Positions 56,371-64,000 of a DNA stretch of 64,000 nucleotides are shown here, one piece after another (the stretch's first letter is position 1; every line of letters begins with the position of its first letter). Position numbers and translations under genes: made by a program. This DNA is from Alphaproteobacteria bacterium. Its GTDB lineage: Bacteria; Pseudomonadota; Alphaproteobacteria; UBA9219. Under the pieces are notes generated by a model. It saw only the letters and a list, made by a program, of their open reading frames with translations, searched no databases and was not told the DNA's origin. The stretch is from NCBI GenBank assembly GCA_028866275.1, contig JAGWIK010000009.1:8339-72338 (forward strand), read 5' to 3'.

Positions 56371-56673
56371 TCAGAACCCATTTGTCGATGGGATAAACCA
56401 TGACAACTCGCTTGCCTTTGAGATGCTCTTCAATGCATTTGCGCGCCCAGGCGGTCGCGCCTTTGCGTTTACCGTTATGTAGAACGGTAAACGCAAAGGC
56501 GGATTGACGTAATTGGATTCACCCCATTCGGCATCAAGCCCGTCGAAATCATCGGGTTTTGGAAACGGGCAAGGATCAAACGTGAAACCAAACTCGGCCT
56601 GCAACTGCGACATCAGATCGGGCGGTGTCAGCCAATAATGCTTGCCATCGCCATTTCCGTTTTCGAATCCCAT
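56371..56673 (-). pseudogene. truncated/disrupted phage Dam-like N6-adenine methyltransferase (pfam05869-like)
   Basis: WLTPP...[10 protein letters not shown] and NPP motifs. The frame runs through an 18-bp perfect inverted repeat and ends after only 100 aa. Confidence 0.4.
56459..56500. repeat. perfect 18-bp-stem hairpin (GCCTTTGCGTTTACCGTT-ATGTAG-AACGGTAAACGCAAAGGC) inside the Dam-like ORF
   Basis: Read directly from the sequence. Confidence 0.7.
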
Positions 56674-56754
56674 GTTGTCGCCATTGAAACGCTTGTTGCG
56701 AAAGGTCTGAGCCGCGATCGCACGACCCAGACCCCATCCGCAACGGACGTATGC

Positions 56755-57219
56755 TTAGTTGCTTGCAGGCAGATACGGTTTGACCGCGTCAAACTTGCTG
56801 TCTTCCTGCTGGCCGAGAGCGTCCAGTTCCTGCTTGAACCCAGCGACCGCTTGCGCCGAGGCTGTCAGCGCGGACTGCGCGGCGGTGAAGGCGGCAAGCT
56901 TCGTGTTGAAATCTGTCAACGCGTTCTCATAGCTCTGCACGACCTGATCGAGCGTGGGAGCGGTGCCGGTTCCGGCGTTTTGGCCGCTGGCATTGGGATC
57001 GGTGGTCCCAGTGCCAGTGCTGCCAGCTTGGGCGTTAGGATCGGTCGTGTTGGTGGGATCAGTCATACTTGTCTCCATTTGTTGGGTTGTTGAGGATAAG
57101 ACTTGAGGTATTGCGTTGCGCACCCGCGCGGCCCAAGCCGCGAAAGTGTGCAGGCAATCTCTGGATACGGTCAGAAGGTTCATGGCTTCTCCGTGAATGG
57201 GGGTGCGCGCCGTCGGCAA
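56755..57219 (-). CDS. small Thr/Gly/Asp/Pro-repeat protein (TDPN-x-GSTGTGT repeats) with helical C-terminus
   Basis: DNA repeats at 57000-57070; the start may be the internal Met (METSMTDP). Confidence 0.3.
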   Translation of the reverse strand: MPTARTPIHGEAMNLLTVSRDCLHTFAAWAARVRNAIPQVLSSTTQQMETSMTDPTNTTDPNAQAGSTGTGTTDPNASGQNAGTGTAPTLDQVVQSYENALTDFNTKLAAFTAAQSALTASAQAVAGFKQELDALGQQEDSKFDAVKPYLPASN

Positions 57220-57540
57220 ACGAACATGTGCGCGATACTGTTTGATGATGTGTGATGATGTCCGACAGTGTCAGATGGTGTCGGACGGAACGGGCAATTT
57301 ATGAGGCGATTTCATCGCCAAATTGTCCTTAAATTGCCGCGATCAGGCGATCATGTCCGCGTCATGGTCGGATGATGTCTTGAAAATGCGGATACTGTGC
57401 GAAGGTGTGGGGAAGTGTGGGGTACTGTTCGATAATGTGCGCGCCGACATGCGTGGTGCACGTAATTCCCCAATCCTGCCGACGACTATGGCAAAAAATG
57501 TTGCATTTGTTGAGAACAAAAATGTTGCATTTGCATTTTT

Positions 57541-57936
57541 TTACGACCCGCCATCCCGCTCGTTCAGGAAGGTTGCGATTTTGGCGAGCGCAAAGACCCA
57601 TTGCCGCCACGCCGTGCTACGGTCGCATCCCAATTCCATGCATATTCTCTTCCACCGCACCTTGGCCGCGCGTTTCCAGACCAGCTTGCGTTCGTCGACT
57701 TCAATGTAGCCCATCCATGTGAAGGTTTCTTCGAGGCGCGTGATTTCTTCCGTGCGCGGGCGAAGCTTGAGCGGCGGTTGGTCTTGCTGCAAAACCTCCA
57801 GCTCGGTGTATTTGATCTTCGGCCACAGGTTGAAATACCCCTGAACCACCACCGGTGGTAGCTTTCTTAAGGTCGCCACCGCATCCTCCAATTGATCGGC
57901 GACAAGGCTCGGTGTCCAGCGTTCAGGTTTTTTCAT
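57541..57936 (-). CDS. hypothetical phage early protein
   Basis: Internal Met start MKKPERW; overlaps the upstream small gene. Confidence 0.3.
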   Translation of the reverse strand: MKKPERWTPSLVADQLEDAVATLRKLPPVVVQGYFNLWPKIKYTELEVLQQDQPPLKLRPRTEEITRLEETFTWMGYIEVDERKLVWKRAAKVRWKRICMELGCDRSTAWRQWVFALAKIATFLNERDGGS

Positions 57937-58138
57937 GTTCGTGCCTTTGTTTGGGGACGGGGATGTCGGTTTTGCCGTAAAGCTTCTCGCCGATCTGGCA
58001 GAGCAGTTCTTTTTCCGGCCATGTGAGGCGGCTGTCCGCGATGGAGACGACAAGGATTCCTTGTTCGCGCCAGCCATCGCGTTTGATGTCTTCGACAGGG
58101 GTGCGCTCCCCATCGCAGGAATAGGGAAACGACCTCAT
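57923..58138 (-). CDS. small hypothetical phage protein, translationally coupled (ATGA overlap) to the upstream gene
   Basis: ATGA overlap at 58135-58138. Confidence 0.3.
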   Translation of the reverse strand: MRSFPYSCDGERTPVEDIKRDGWREQGILVVSIADSRLTWPEKELLCQIGEKLYGKTDIPVPKQRHEHEKT

Positions 58139-58662
58139 GCGTTGCCTCGCGCCTTGTAATGCAAAGCCCAGTCGAGAACCGCCAGCGCACCCACCGTCTC
58201 CCGATCGACGCCGATGAAGCCCTTGCGCCGCAGGGCGTCGAGCAAGCTTTGCTGGTCGATGCCGTTGCCACCGGTGACGAGCTTGTGGACATCAGGCATC
58301 GCCACGCCGATATAGGGGATCTGCCGCCAGTCGCACCAGCCAGTGAGATGCCCCAAGAACCCACCGTAAACGATGGCGCTTTGCATGCTGGAATGATGCG
58401 GAACGTCGGCAAAGACCACCGCGTCGAAGGCACCGTATTTTTTAGAAATCTCGTCGAGCCAATAGCGGAAGCGCACGAACTTCATGCCTTCGCCTTCATA
58501 TTCGGATGAGCGGAAGAATTTGTGGTTGAAGCTGATATCGCCGTCGCGTTCATGCACCGCCCAGCCGGTTTGAAGACCGAGCGTGATGGCAAGCAAGGAA
58601 CAATTGCGGACGGACGAAAATGCGAGAGCGGTTCTGTTGAGGGGAACGGGTAGCGCGGACAT
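58135..58662 (-). CDS. RuvC-like / Holliday-junction-resolvase-like fold protein (putative)
   Basis: LLAITLGLQTGWAV resembles a RuvC/YqgF N-terminal strand but lacks the first catalytic Asp; GAGG RBS at the internal Met. Confidence 0.3.
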   Translation of the reverse strand: MSALPVPLNRTALAFSSVRNCSLLAITLGLQTGWAVHERDGDISFNHKFFRSSEYEGEGMKFVRFRYWLDEISKKYGAFDAVVFADVPHHSSMQSAIVYGGFLGHLTGWCDWRQIPYIGVAMPDVHKLVTGGNGIDQQSLLDALRRKGFIGVDRETVGALAVLDWALHYKARGNA

Positions 58663-58741
58663 GATAAACCTCTGTTTCAAAAATTGCGGATTGGGTGAAA
58701 ACGGCGGGGCGCATGGTGGTGCACGCGCCTTGCGCATGAAT

Positions 58742-59761
58742 TCAGTTCGTCGCGCCATAGGCAGCCTCCCTTGGCTTGACGAGAAATTTGAAACTCCGTC
58801 CCAGCGTGCGCGTCAGCGCGTCGCCGTAATGATTTTCGAGATAGCTGGCGTGAAAGCCGGTGGGCGCGAAAATGATGCCACCGTCGATGTCGAAGACGCA
58901 CGGCTCCAACCACCGCCGGATCGCGCTTGCATTGAAGGCGTAATGGCGTTTGAGTTTTTCGAGCAACGCGTCAGGCAAAGGCGGATAGTCCGGCAAAACG
59001 ACAGGAGCATCCGTTTTGCCGCCCACCGTCGCCGCATCGGGATGAAACCGCAGTTCGCGATCCAGCCAATTCAACCACGCCTGCCGCCAGCCTTTTTCGC
59101 TACGCCGTATGCCGCTACCTTTGCCAAAACCAAAATACTGCTTGAACCGCATCGCCTGCTGTTCGATGGCAGCGTCCGACCAGCCGCGCGTTTTGGCGAC
59201 CTCCCGCCAATCCTCGGACAGCGACCAATCGGTTGTGATCGCGCAGACCTCGGTTTTCGGCTTAGCGGTTTTCGCTGGGGGGCTTACAGGGGGTATAGAT
59301 TCTGGCTTATGGACTCTGGACTCTGGCTTCTGGGGCTCGGAACCTTGCTCAGATGGTTGCTCGGCATTTTGCTCGGTAAGCGCAAAAATTCCTTTGCTAT
59401 TCAAGAAGCTGGCTTGCCCTCCTTTCGCGCCGTTCTGACGCAGTTTTTGACGTTTGCGATTGTCGCGCACCATGCGGCGGCAATAAATGCGACCCTGCGA
59501 GTCGCGGGAAAAAACACCGTTCCGTGAAAGCTCGCCGAGTAGCGATTCAACCTCCTGTTCAGAAACACCGCTCAAGCGCGCGATGTCCGTCGAGGAACAA
59601 GGTCGTCCTGCCACGGCTACGAAGCCGGTCGGGTTGGATTTTGCCGCGAGGCAGAGAAGCCGCATCCAGAATCCCTGTGCCGCGAAAGAGCACAGGCGAA
59701 GCGATGGATCGTTTTCCCAATCGTTCCAGAAAAACTTGCTCCACGGGTTCGCTACGTTCAT
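58742..59761 (-). CDS. DUF1376 (YdaU-like) phage replication-associated protein with low-complexity PE/SP repeats
   Basis: N-terminus WSKFFWNDWENDPSL...AQGFWMRLLCLAA. Confidence 0.55.
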   Translation of the reverse strand: MNVANPWSKFFWNDWENDPSLRLCSFAAQGFWMRLLCLAAKSNPTGFVAVAGRPCSSTDIARLSGVSEQEVESLLGELSRNGVFSRDSQGRIYCRRMVRDNRKRQKLRQNGAKGGQASFLNSKGIFALTEQNAEQPSEQGSEPQKPESRVHKPESIPPVSPPAKTAKPKTEVCAITTDWSLSEDWREVAKTRGWSDAAIEQQAMRFKQYFGFGKGSGIRRSEKGWRQAWLNWLDRELRFHPDAATVGGKTDAPVVLPDYPPLPDALLEKLKRHYAFNASAIRRWLEPCVFDIDGGIIFAPTGFHASYLENHYGDALTRTLGRSFKFLVKPREAAYGATN

Positions 59762-59820
59762 GCGGCGACTCCTGAGGGCAAACAGGGTATGGCGGCTGGC
59801 GCAATGGACACGATAAAGGA

Positions 59821-60051
59821 TCAGGCTGCGCGCGCGGCGGTATGGCTCAGCGGAACGCCGGGATCCTTGTCCGTGATCTGATGGAGTTGTTGCTGCTCGT
59901 AGGCGTCAATGTCGCTTAAGCGGTAAAGTACATGGCCACCAATTTTGAGGAAAAGGGGGCCGCAGCCGCGCTGCCTCCAACGATCCAGTGTTTTGGGATT
60001 AAGTCCCCACCGTTTCGACAGTTGATAAACATTGAGATGACGTTCTTCCAT
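59821..60051 (-). CDS. HTH_17/AlpA-excisionase-like DNA-binding protein
   Basis: YQLSKRWGLNPKTLDRWRQRGCGP pattern. Confidence 0.6.
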   Translation of the reverse strand: MEERHLNVYQLSKRWGLNPKTLDRWRQRGCGPLFLKIGGHVLYRLSDIDAYEQQQLHQITDKDPGVPLSHTAARAA

Positions 60052-60127
60052 TGAGGTCTCCGCGAAAAAGTTGCGTGAGACCCTTCAATGTTCACATCCT
60101 TGAGACTCGAAAAAGGCTCCAAAATAC

Positions 60128-60413
60128 GACCGAAATTATTTTTTATCTGCTTGTCCCCATTGGGTAAAAACGTTGTGACCAAAATATCCGGACGTTTCGG
60201 TCGTAATTTTGGTCGATTCCATGCGAATCAATTTGTCTGTGGAGCCATTTCATCATCGTGGGTGCTCTCATGGCACAAGTTTATCTTTTTGGGAGTCAGG
60301 ATTGCGCTGGTTGGGCAGGCATGAACGACTGAAATGATGACCGAAATTCTCTCTTTAGGCGTTTGGTTTTTATGGAGAAAATGAACCGACCGAAATTGGC
60401 ACATATTTCGGTC
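60128..60413. promoter_or_regulatory. array of at least 6 direct and inverted GACCGAAAT(T) repeats, including the perfect IR GACCGAAAT-N8-ATTTCGGTC; putative operator/immunity region
   Basis: Copies at 60128, 60177 (one mismatch), 60195 (reverse), 60205 (reverse), 60339, 60388 and 60405 (reverse). Confidence 0.5.
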
Positions 60414-60436
60414 ATTATATCAGTTCAAAAGAAGAA

Positions 60437-61132
60437 TTAACGGCTGTTCTTTTTCTGTGCGGTGTAGTGAGGGCGCAAATTATTGACGATGGTTTGATAG
60501 GCTGGGGTGCGCACGTCCTTCATTTCCTTTTGCGCCCATGCCCGGAGGAAACGGGCCTCTGCCGCAAGAGAGGACTCGATTTCCCCGCGAGCAAGGCGTT
60601 GCCGGTATTGTTCGATAATGCCAGTCATGACGCTTGGTCTGCCTGCAGACGGTGAGGTAAAGCCAGTCTTGTTTGCGGGAAGGATGCGCTGTTTCAGATT
60701 ATGCTCGGCTTCAAATCTGTCGCGTTCGGTTATGCTGATTTCCAAAGTTCCAACGGTGAGCAGGCACCCCTTGGCATTGTAGGGGGTGGCGTACATTTTC
60801 TGTTGATCCAACGACAGGAACCTTCGGACTTCCACGGGTTGCTCTGTGCGAAAAACTTTCCGCAGCTCCACTGGCTCTACAACGTAGTAGCCAGTGAGAC
60901 TGTCCATATCGACTTGCACCGGAACGGTTTCGCCATCTGCTGTTTTCTTTGGAACGTAAACAGCAACCACCGCATCGCTGAGCCATGTGTGAACTCCTAA
61001 AAGGCCACGCTCAACGAAATATCCGAGGTCTTGAATGGAGAGTCGCCAACGATTAGCAATCTCATCAAAACTGTAGTGATCCTTTTTTGTCCAGGGCATA
61101 GGCAACCCACACAATGCATTAAAATTACACAA
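60437..61132 (-). CDS. hypothetical protein at an integrase-proximal moron/regulator position
   Basis: ORF only; no recognisable domain. Confidence 0.3.
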   Translation of the reverse strand: MCNFNALCGLPMPWTKKDHYSFDEIANRWRLSIQDLGYFVERGLLGVHTWLSDAVVAVYVPKKTADGETVPVQVDMDSLTGYYVVEPVELRKVFRTEQPVEVRRFLSLDQQKMYATPYNAKGCLLTVGTLEISITERDRFEAEHNLKQRILPANKTGFTSPSAGRPSVMTGIIEQYRQRLARGEIESSLAAEARFLRAWAQKEMKDVRTPAYQTIVNNLRPHYTAQKKNSR

Positions 61133-61292
61133 TGTTAGCAGAACGTTTGTTCTGATTACAAATCAATACAATCTTGAGTGGACATCATTCAACATAAATG
61201 TTCTTCGGGTTGTGTTTTTTGACGTGGATAGCAGCCATTTTGTGGGATTTTCCTACCCAAAAATCAGACCATTATGGTTAACGTCGTTCTTT

Positions 61293-61685
61293 TTATCCGG
61301 CCTGAAATCCAAACCGCGTTCGCTGTTCATGCCACAGCAAGGGAAAAGGCTTGAGAAGATCGAGAACACGCAGGCCTTTTGGCTGCTGTCCATCGAGGAT
61401 CGCCAGCTTGATGTCGGGAGCAAGAAGGGCAAGCCGCAGAACGCGACACACATATGTGTGCGAGATTTTCATCTGAGTGGCCAGTTCTTCGGCTGATTTC
61501 ATTTTTCCTAAAAAGAGAAGTTTTTGCCATGCATGAGCGCGCGCCAAGACAAGGATCAGGTGATCATTTTCTTCCGGCTCGATTTGTGGCAGTGAGGTTG
61601 CATTCGGCAGAATAATGCGCGTGCGACCGCTCTTGCGCGTTAGGTTGATGGGAATATGCACGGTGAGCGGCGATTGTTTCTTCAT
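61293..61685 (-). CDS. small protein co-transcribed downstream of the serine recombinase (ATGA overlap)
   Basis: Overlap 61682-61685. Confidence 0.3.
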   Translation of the reverse strand: MKKQSPLTVHIPINLTRKSGRTRIILPNATSLPQIEPEENDHLILVLARAHAWQKLLFLGKMKSAEELATQMKISHTYVCRVLRLALLAPDIKLAILDGQQPKGLRVLDLLKPFPLLWHEQRTRFGFQAG

Positions 61686-63076
61686 GCGGCAGCCGATGGT
61701 TGCCTGGAAGCCGACAGGTCACGTGCCAGCCCTTCAAATCCGGCGTTGCGAAACTTGACGTCAATGCCGTCCTCTTTGATCGTGATGCGTTCAATCAGCA
61801 AATTGACGATGCGCGCCTGTTCGGACGGAAATAGTTCGTTCCAAACAGGATCGATGTCACGCAGGGCTTGGCGCACTTCCTTTTCCGTGATTTTTTCATC
61901 ATACGCCTTTGCCGCCGCCCATGTTTTGACCACCATGTCAGGCTTGGCGAACAACTCGCGTATTTGGGCAAAAACGATGCCCTCCAACTCTCCAGCCGCC
62001 ACGCTGCCTATAGAGCATTCGTCGCTCCCACCGCGCAGTTGTTGGCTTGGCCTGTAATAACGATATTTTTTGCCATTGCGGAGCGTATGCACTGGGGTCA
62101 TCGGCAAGTTGCATTGGCCACAATACACCAGCCCTTTGAGCAGGGCTGTTTCTACCGTGACGCTTCTATGGCGACGCGTCCGTGGACTTTCGCCTACCGA
62201 GGTATGCACACGATCCCACGTCTCTTGATCGATGATAGCTTCGTGCTGGCCTGGATAAAAATTTCCCTTGTGATGTACCTTGCCGAGATAAATTTGATTT
62301 TCGAGGATGCGGTAAATCTGGACTTTGCACAGCGGAGAGCCATAACGATGCCTGCCAGTCTGTGTGATATACGTCTTGCCAGTTATGCCCTGCAGGCGCA
62401 ATTCCCGTTCCAGCTGCGTGACCGATCTCAGTTCGATGAAGCGTTGGAAGACAAATTGAACGATTTTGGTTTCCTTGGGATTTATAATCAGCTTGCGATC
62501 GGCGACATCGTAACCAAGCGGTGGGCAGCCGCCCATCCACATGCCCTTCTTTTTACTGGCGGCGACCTTGTCGCGGATACGTTCACCGGTCAGCTCGCGT
62601 TCAAATTGGGCGAAGGACAGCAGGATATTCAGGATCAGACGTCCCATCGGCGTGGTGGTGTTAAATTGCTGCGTGACGGAAACAAAGCTGACATTGTGTT
62701 TGTCAAACAGGCCGATCAGTTGGGCGAAATCGAGCAATGAGCGTGTCAGGCGGTCGATTTTGTAGACGACAACGACGTCAATTTTGCCGCCCTGTATGTC
62801 GGACAGAAGATGCTTCAACCCCGGACGGTTCATGTTGCCGCCCGAAAACCCACCGTCATCATAAAGATTGTGAACAAGAACCCAGCCTTCATGGCGTTGT
62901 GACGCGATGTAGGACTCGCAGGCGTCTCGCTGGGCATCAAGGCTGTTGTATTCCTGTTCCAGCCCTTCATCTGATGATTTGCGGGTGTAGATGGCGCAGC
63001 GGGTACGAGGTTTGGCGGCGGCGTTCATCATTTCTCCTTCCTCACGATCAATCCGAAGAAGGCTGGCCCCGACCAT
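61682..63076 (-). CDS. large serine recombinase (phage integrase)
   Basis: N-terminal resolvase domain with YTRKSS catalytic Ser context; recombinase domain and Cys-containing zinc-ribbon-like C-terminus. Confidence 0.85.
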   Translation of the reverse strand: MVGASLLRIDREEGEMMNAAAKPRTRCAIYTRKSSDEGLEQEYNSLDAQRDACESYIASQRHEGWVLVHNLYDDGGFSGGNMNRPGLKHLLSDIQGGKIDVVVVYKIDRLTRSLLDFAQLIGLFDKHNVSFVSVTQQFNTTTPMGRLILNILLSFAQFERELTGERIRDKVAASKKKGMWMGGCPPLGYDVADRKLIINPKETKIVQFVFQRFIELRSVTQLERELRLQGITGKTYITQTGRHRYGSPLCKVQIYRILENQIYLGKVHHKGNFYPGQHEAIIDQETWDRVHTSVGESPRTRRHRSVTVETALLKGLVYCGQCNLPMTPVHTLRNGKKYRYYRPSQQLRGGSDECSIGSVAAGELEGIVFAQIRELFAKPDMVVKTWAAAKAYDEKITEKEVRQALRDIDPVWNELFPSEQARIVNLLIERITIKEDGIDVKFRNAGFEGLARDLSASRQPSAAA

Positions 63077-63474
63077 GTCTTGCCGGTGATGATCTGCGCG
63101 ATGCGCGAAAGGCTCTGATATTTACGGCCATCGAAGGCAAAGCCATCGTTCAGCACCGTCACCTGATATTCGATGCCCCGATAGACCCGGCTAAGGCGTG
63201 TTCCCACCAGAGGGCGCTGGATGACATTTCTGCGTTTTCCGTTCAGGTTTTTCCTGATACGGGTATTGGCGATCGCCTCCAGACGTTGCTCCAGAGTTCC
63301 TGTTTCGCCGTCCCACGCCAGTTCCTGAATGCGATAGGTCAGTTGATTAATCGCCCAAGTCCGGTTGGGCCGCTCCGGCAGCTCTGCCTTGTAAAGCTCG
63401 CGCCAAAGCTTTCTCAACTGTGTGAAAGGCGCGGTCTGCAGGGCAGTAATCTGGGCTAAAACATCATTATTCAT
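63028..63474 (-). CDS. DUF2924-like protein commonly paired with serine recombinases
   Basis: C-terminal KYQSLSRIAQIITGKTWSGPAFFG pattern; the start may be at the internal Met. Confidence 0.35.
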   Translation of the reverse strand: MNNDVLAQITALQTAPFTQLRKLWRELYKAELPERPNRTWAINQLTYRIQELAWDGETGTLEQRLEAIANTRIRKNLNGKRRNVIQRPLVGTRLSRVYRGIEYQVTVLNDGFAFDGRKYQSLSRIAQIITGKTWSGPAFFGLIVRKEK

Positions 63475-63649
63475 TGTCCTGCTCCTGCATGACATGAATG
63501 CTTCCGTTAAGCCTGAAGTCCAGAGCTTTCCACGCCATAAGCGCTTTATTATCCGCATTTATTCGTTGCTTTTGACGTAAGACGCCAAGAGCCAAAATGG
63601 AGGCAATTTCGGTCTTGGTACGATCATCGGGGGCAGGACGTTTTTTCAT
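63467..63649 (-). CDS. small hypothetical protein at the prophage edge
   Basis: ORF only. Confidence 0.2.
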   Translation of the reverse strand: MKKRPAPDDRTKTEIASILALGVLRQKQRINADNKALMAWKALDFRLNGSIHVMQEQDNE

Positions 63650-63790
63650 GCCGCAATGATAATCGGCGCCGGCGCGCCCTCAACGAATCCGATGACGATG
63701 GTTGGTGTTCTTTTGGTCGTTTTGCAAAAAATCGCACAGGGAATGCGATTAAAAACCGGTAAAAAATAAATCGAACAAAATCATGTGGTT

Positions 63791-63902
63791 AATCTCTGCA
63801 CATGACGCGGAGAAGTGCAGGACTCTCTTCAGGAAAAACGCCGTTTCAGGACAAAAAGGGGACAATAAGGGGTAGTGAAGTGCTTCGTCATGTGCAGAGA
63901 TT
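63791..63902. repeat. 17-bp perfect inverted repeat AATCTCTGCACATGACG ... CGTCATGTGCAGAGATT separated by ~78 bp, just outside the last prophage gene
   Basis: Arms at 63791-63807 and 63886-63902. Confidence 0.6.
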
Positions 63903-64000
63903 TTTGCAAAAAGACCTGCGAAATAAGGCCGAAATCATGATGGACGGATTGGTGCTAAAAAGTTTTTTCTGTAAGAACTGGCGGAAGGGATGAGATTCGA

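Larger units (their letters stand above)
28561..63650 (-). mobile_element. HK97/GTA-like tailed prophage (~35 kb) with serine-recombinase integration module; boundaries approximate
   Basis: Contiguous minus-strand block from lysis and tail genes through tape measure, capsid, protease, portal and terminase to methylases, replication, HTH and serine recombinase. Begins 18 bp after the cusC stop. Confidence 0.75.

Noticed and set aside
57933-58433. 166-aa minus-strand ORF overlapping two translationally coupled phage genes
   Set aside because: It is an alternative frame across genes that show ATGA coupling. Its Arg/Ser/Pro-rich translation suggests a non-coding frame.
59281-59350. Short tandem CTGGACT / CTGGCTT repeats
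   Set aside because: They lie inside the DUF1376 gene and encode a low-complexity PESxxxPES linker. They are not an independent element.
1-64000. CRISPR arrays, tRNA/rRNA genes, IS elements
   Set aside because: I found no regularly spaced direct repeats, no cloverleaf-like tRNA candidates at the prophage edges and no transposase ORFs. The serine-recombinase prophage need not target a tRNA. A tRNA-scan and a CRISPR finder should be run to confirm.

Overview
This 64-kb window has moderately high GC and looks alphaproteobacterial; that assignment is inference. It has two very different halves.

Left half (1-28.5 kb): a densely packed metal/metalloid-stress region. A 13-kb co-directional plus-strand array runs from a bufferin-type RiPP operon (DUF2282 precursor, MNIO/DUF692, DUF2063, DoxX) through a metallophosphoesterase, a MIP channel, a DedA/TVP38 protein and an FAD disulfide reductase into an organoarsenical (arsenosugar-type) cluster: arsS, arsM, an MTAP-like phosphorylase, two glycosyltransferases, DUF547 and a P450. 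This array converges on a minus-strand TetR-headed detox operon (tautomerase-like, SRPBCC, TfoX-like, MAPEG, GST, DUF3047, fatty-acid hydroxylase). Next come an AhpD-like protein, MgtC, a merR-merTP module with no merA, a Met/Cys-rich secreted protein and a cusBAC-type RND efflux system.

Right half (28.56-63.7 kb): an HK97/GTA-like tailed prophage, almost entirely on the minus strand. It carries a lysis cassette with embedded spanins, tail fibers, tape measure, capsid, protease, portal, TerL/TerS, HNH, a ParB-DNA methylase fusion, a C5 methyltransferase, a disrupted Dam-like gene, a DUF1376 replication protein, an excisionase-like HTH protein and a large serine recombinase.

The most notable observation read directly from the sequence is five plus-strand copies of an ECF-sigma-like promoter motif, TGTAAC-N17-CGAA(T/G)(A/G). 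They sit in front of the bufferin precursor, DUF547-P450, an AhpD-like gene and two unannotated paralogous mini-proteins of 43 and 51 aa. Each mini-protein has a Cys-rich N-terminus and a Met-rich C-terminal transmembrane helix. This suggests an undescribed small-protein component and a shared regulon for the bufferin/arsenic island.

No CRISPR arrays or tRNA/rRNA genes were recognised by eye.
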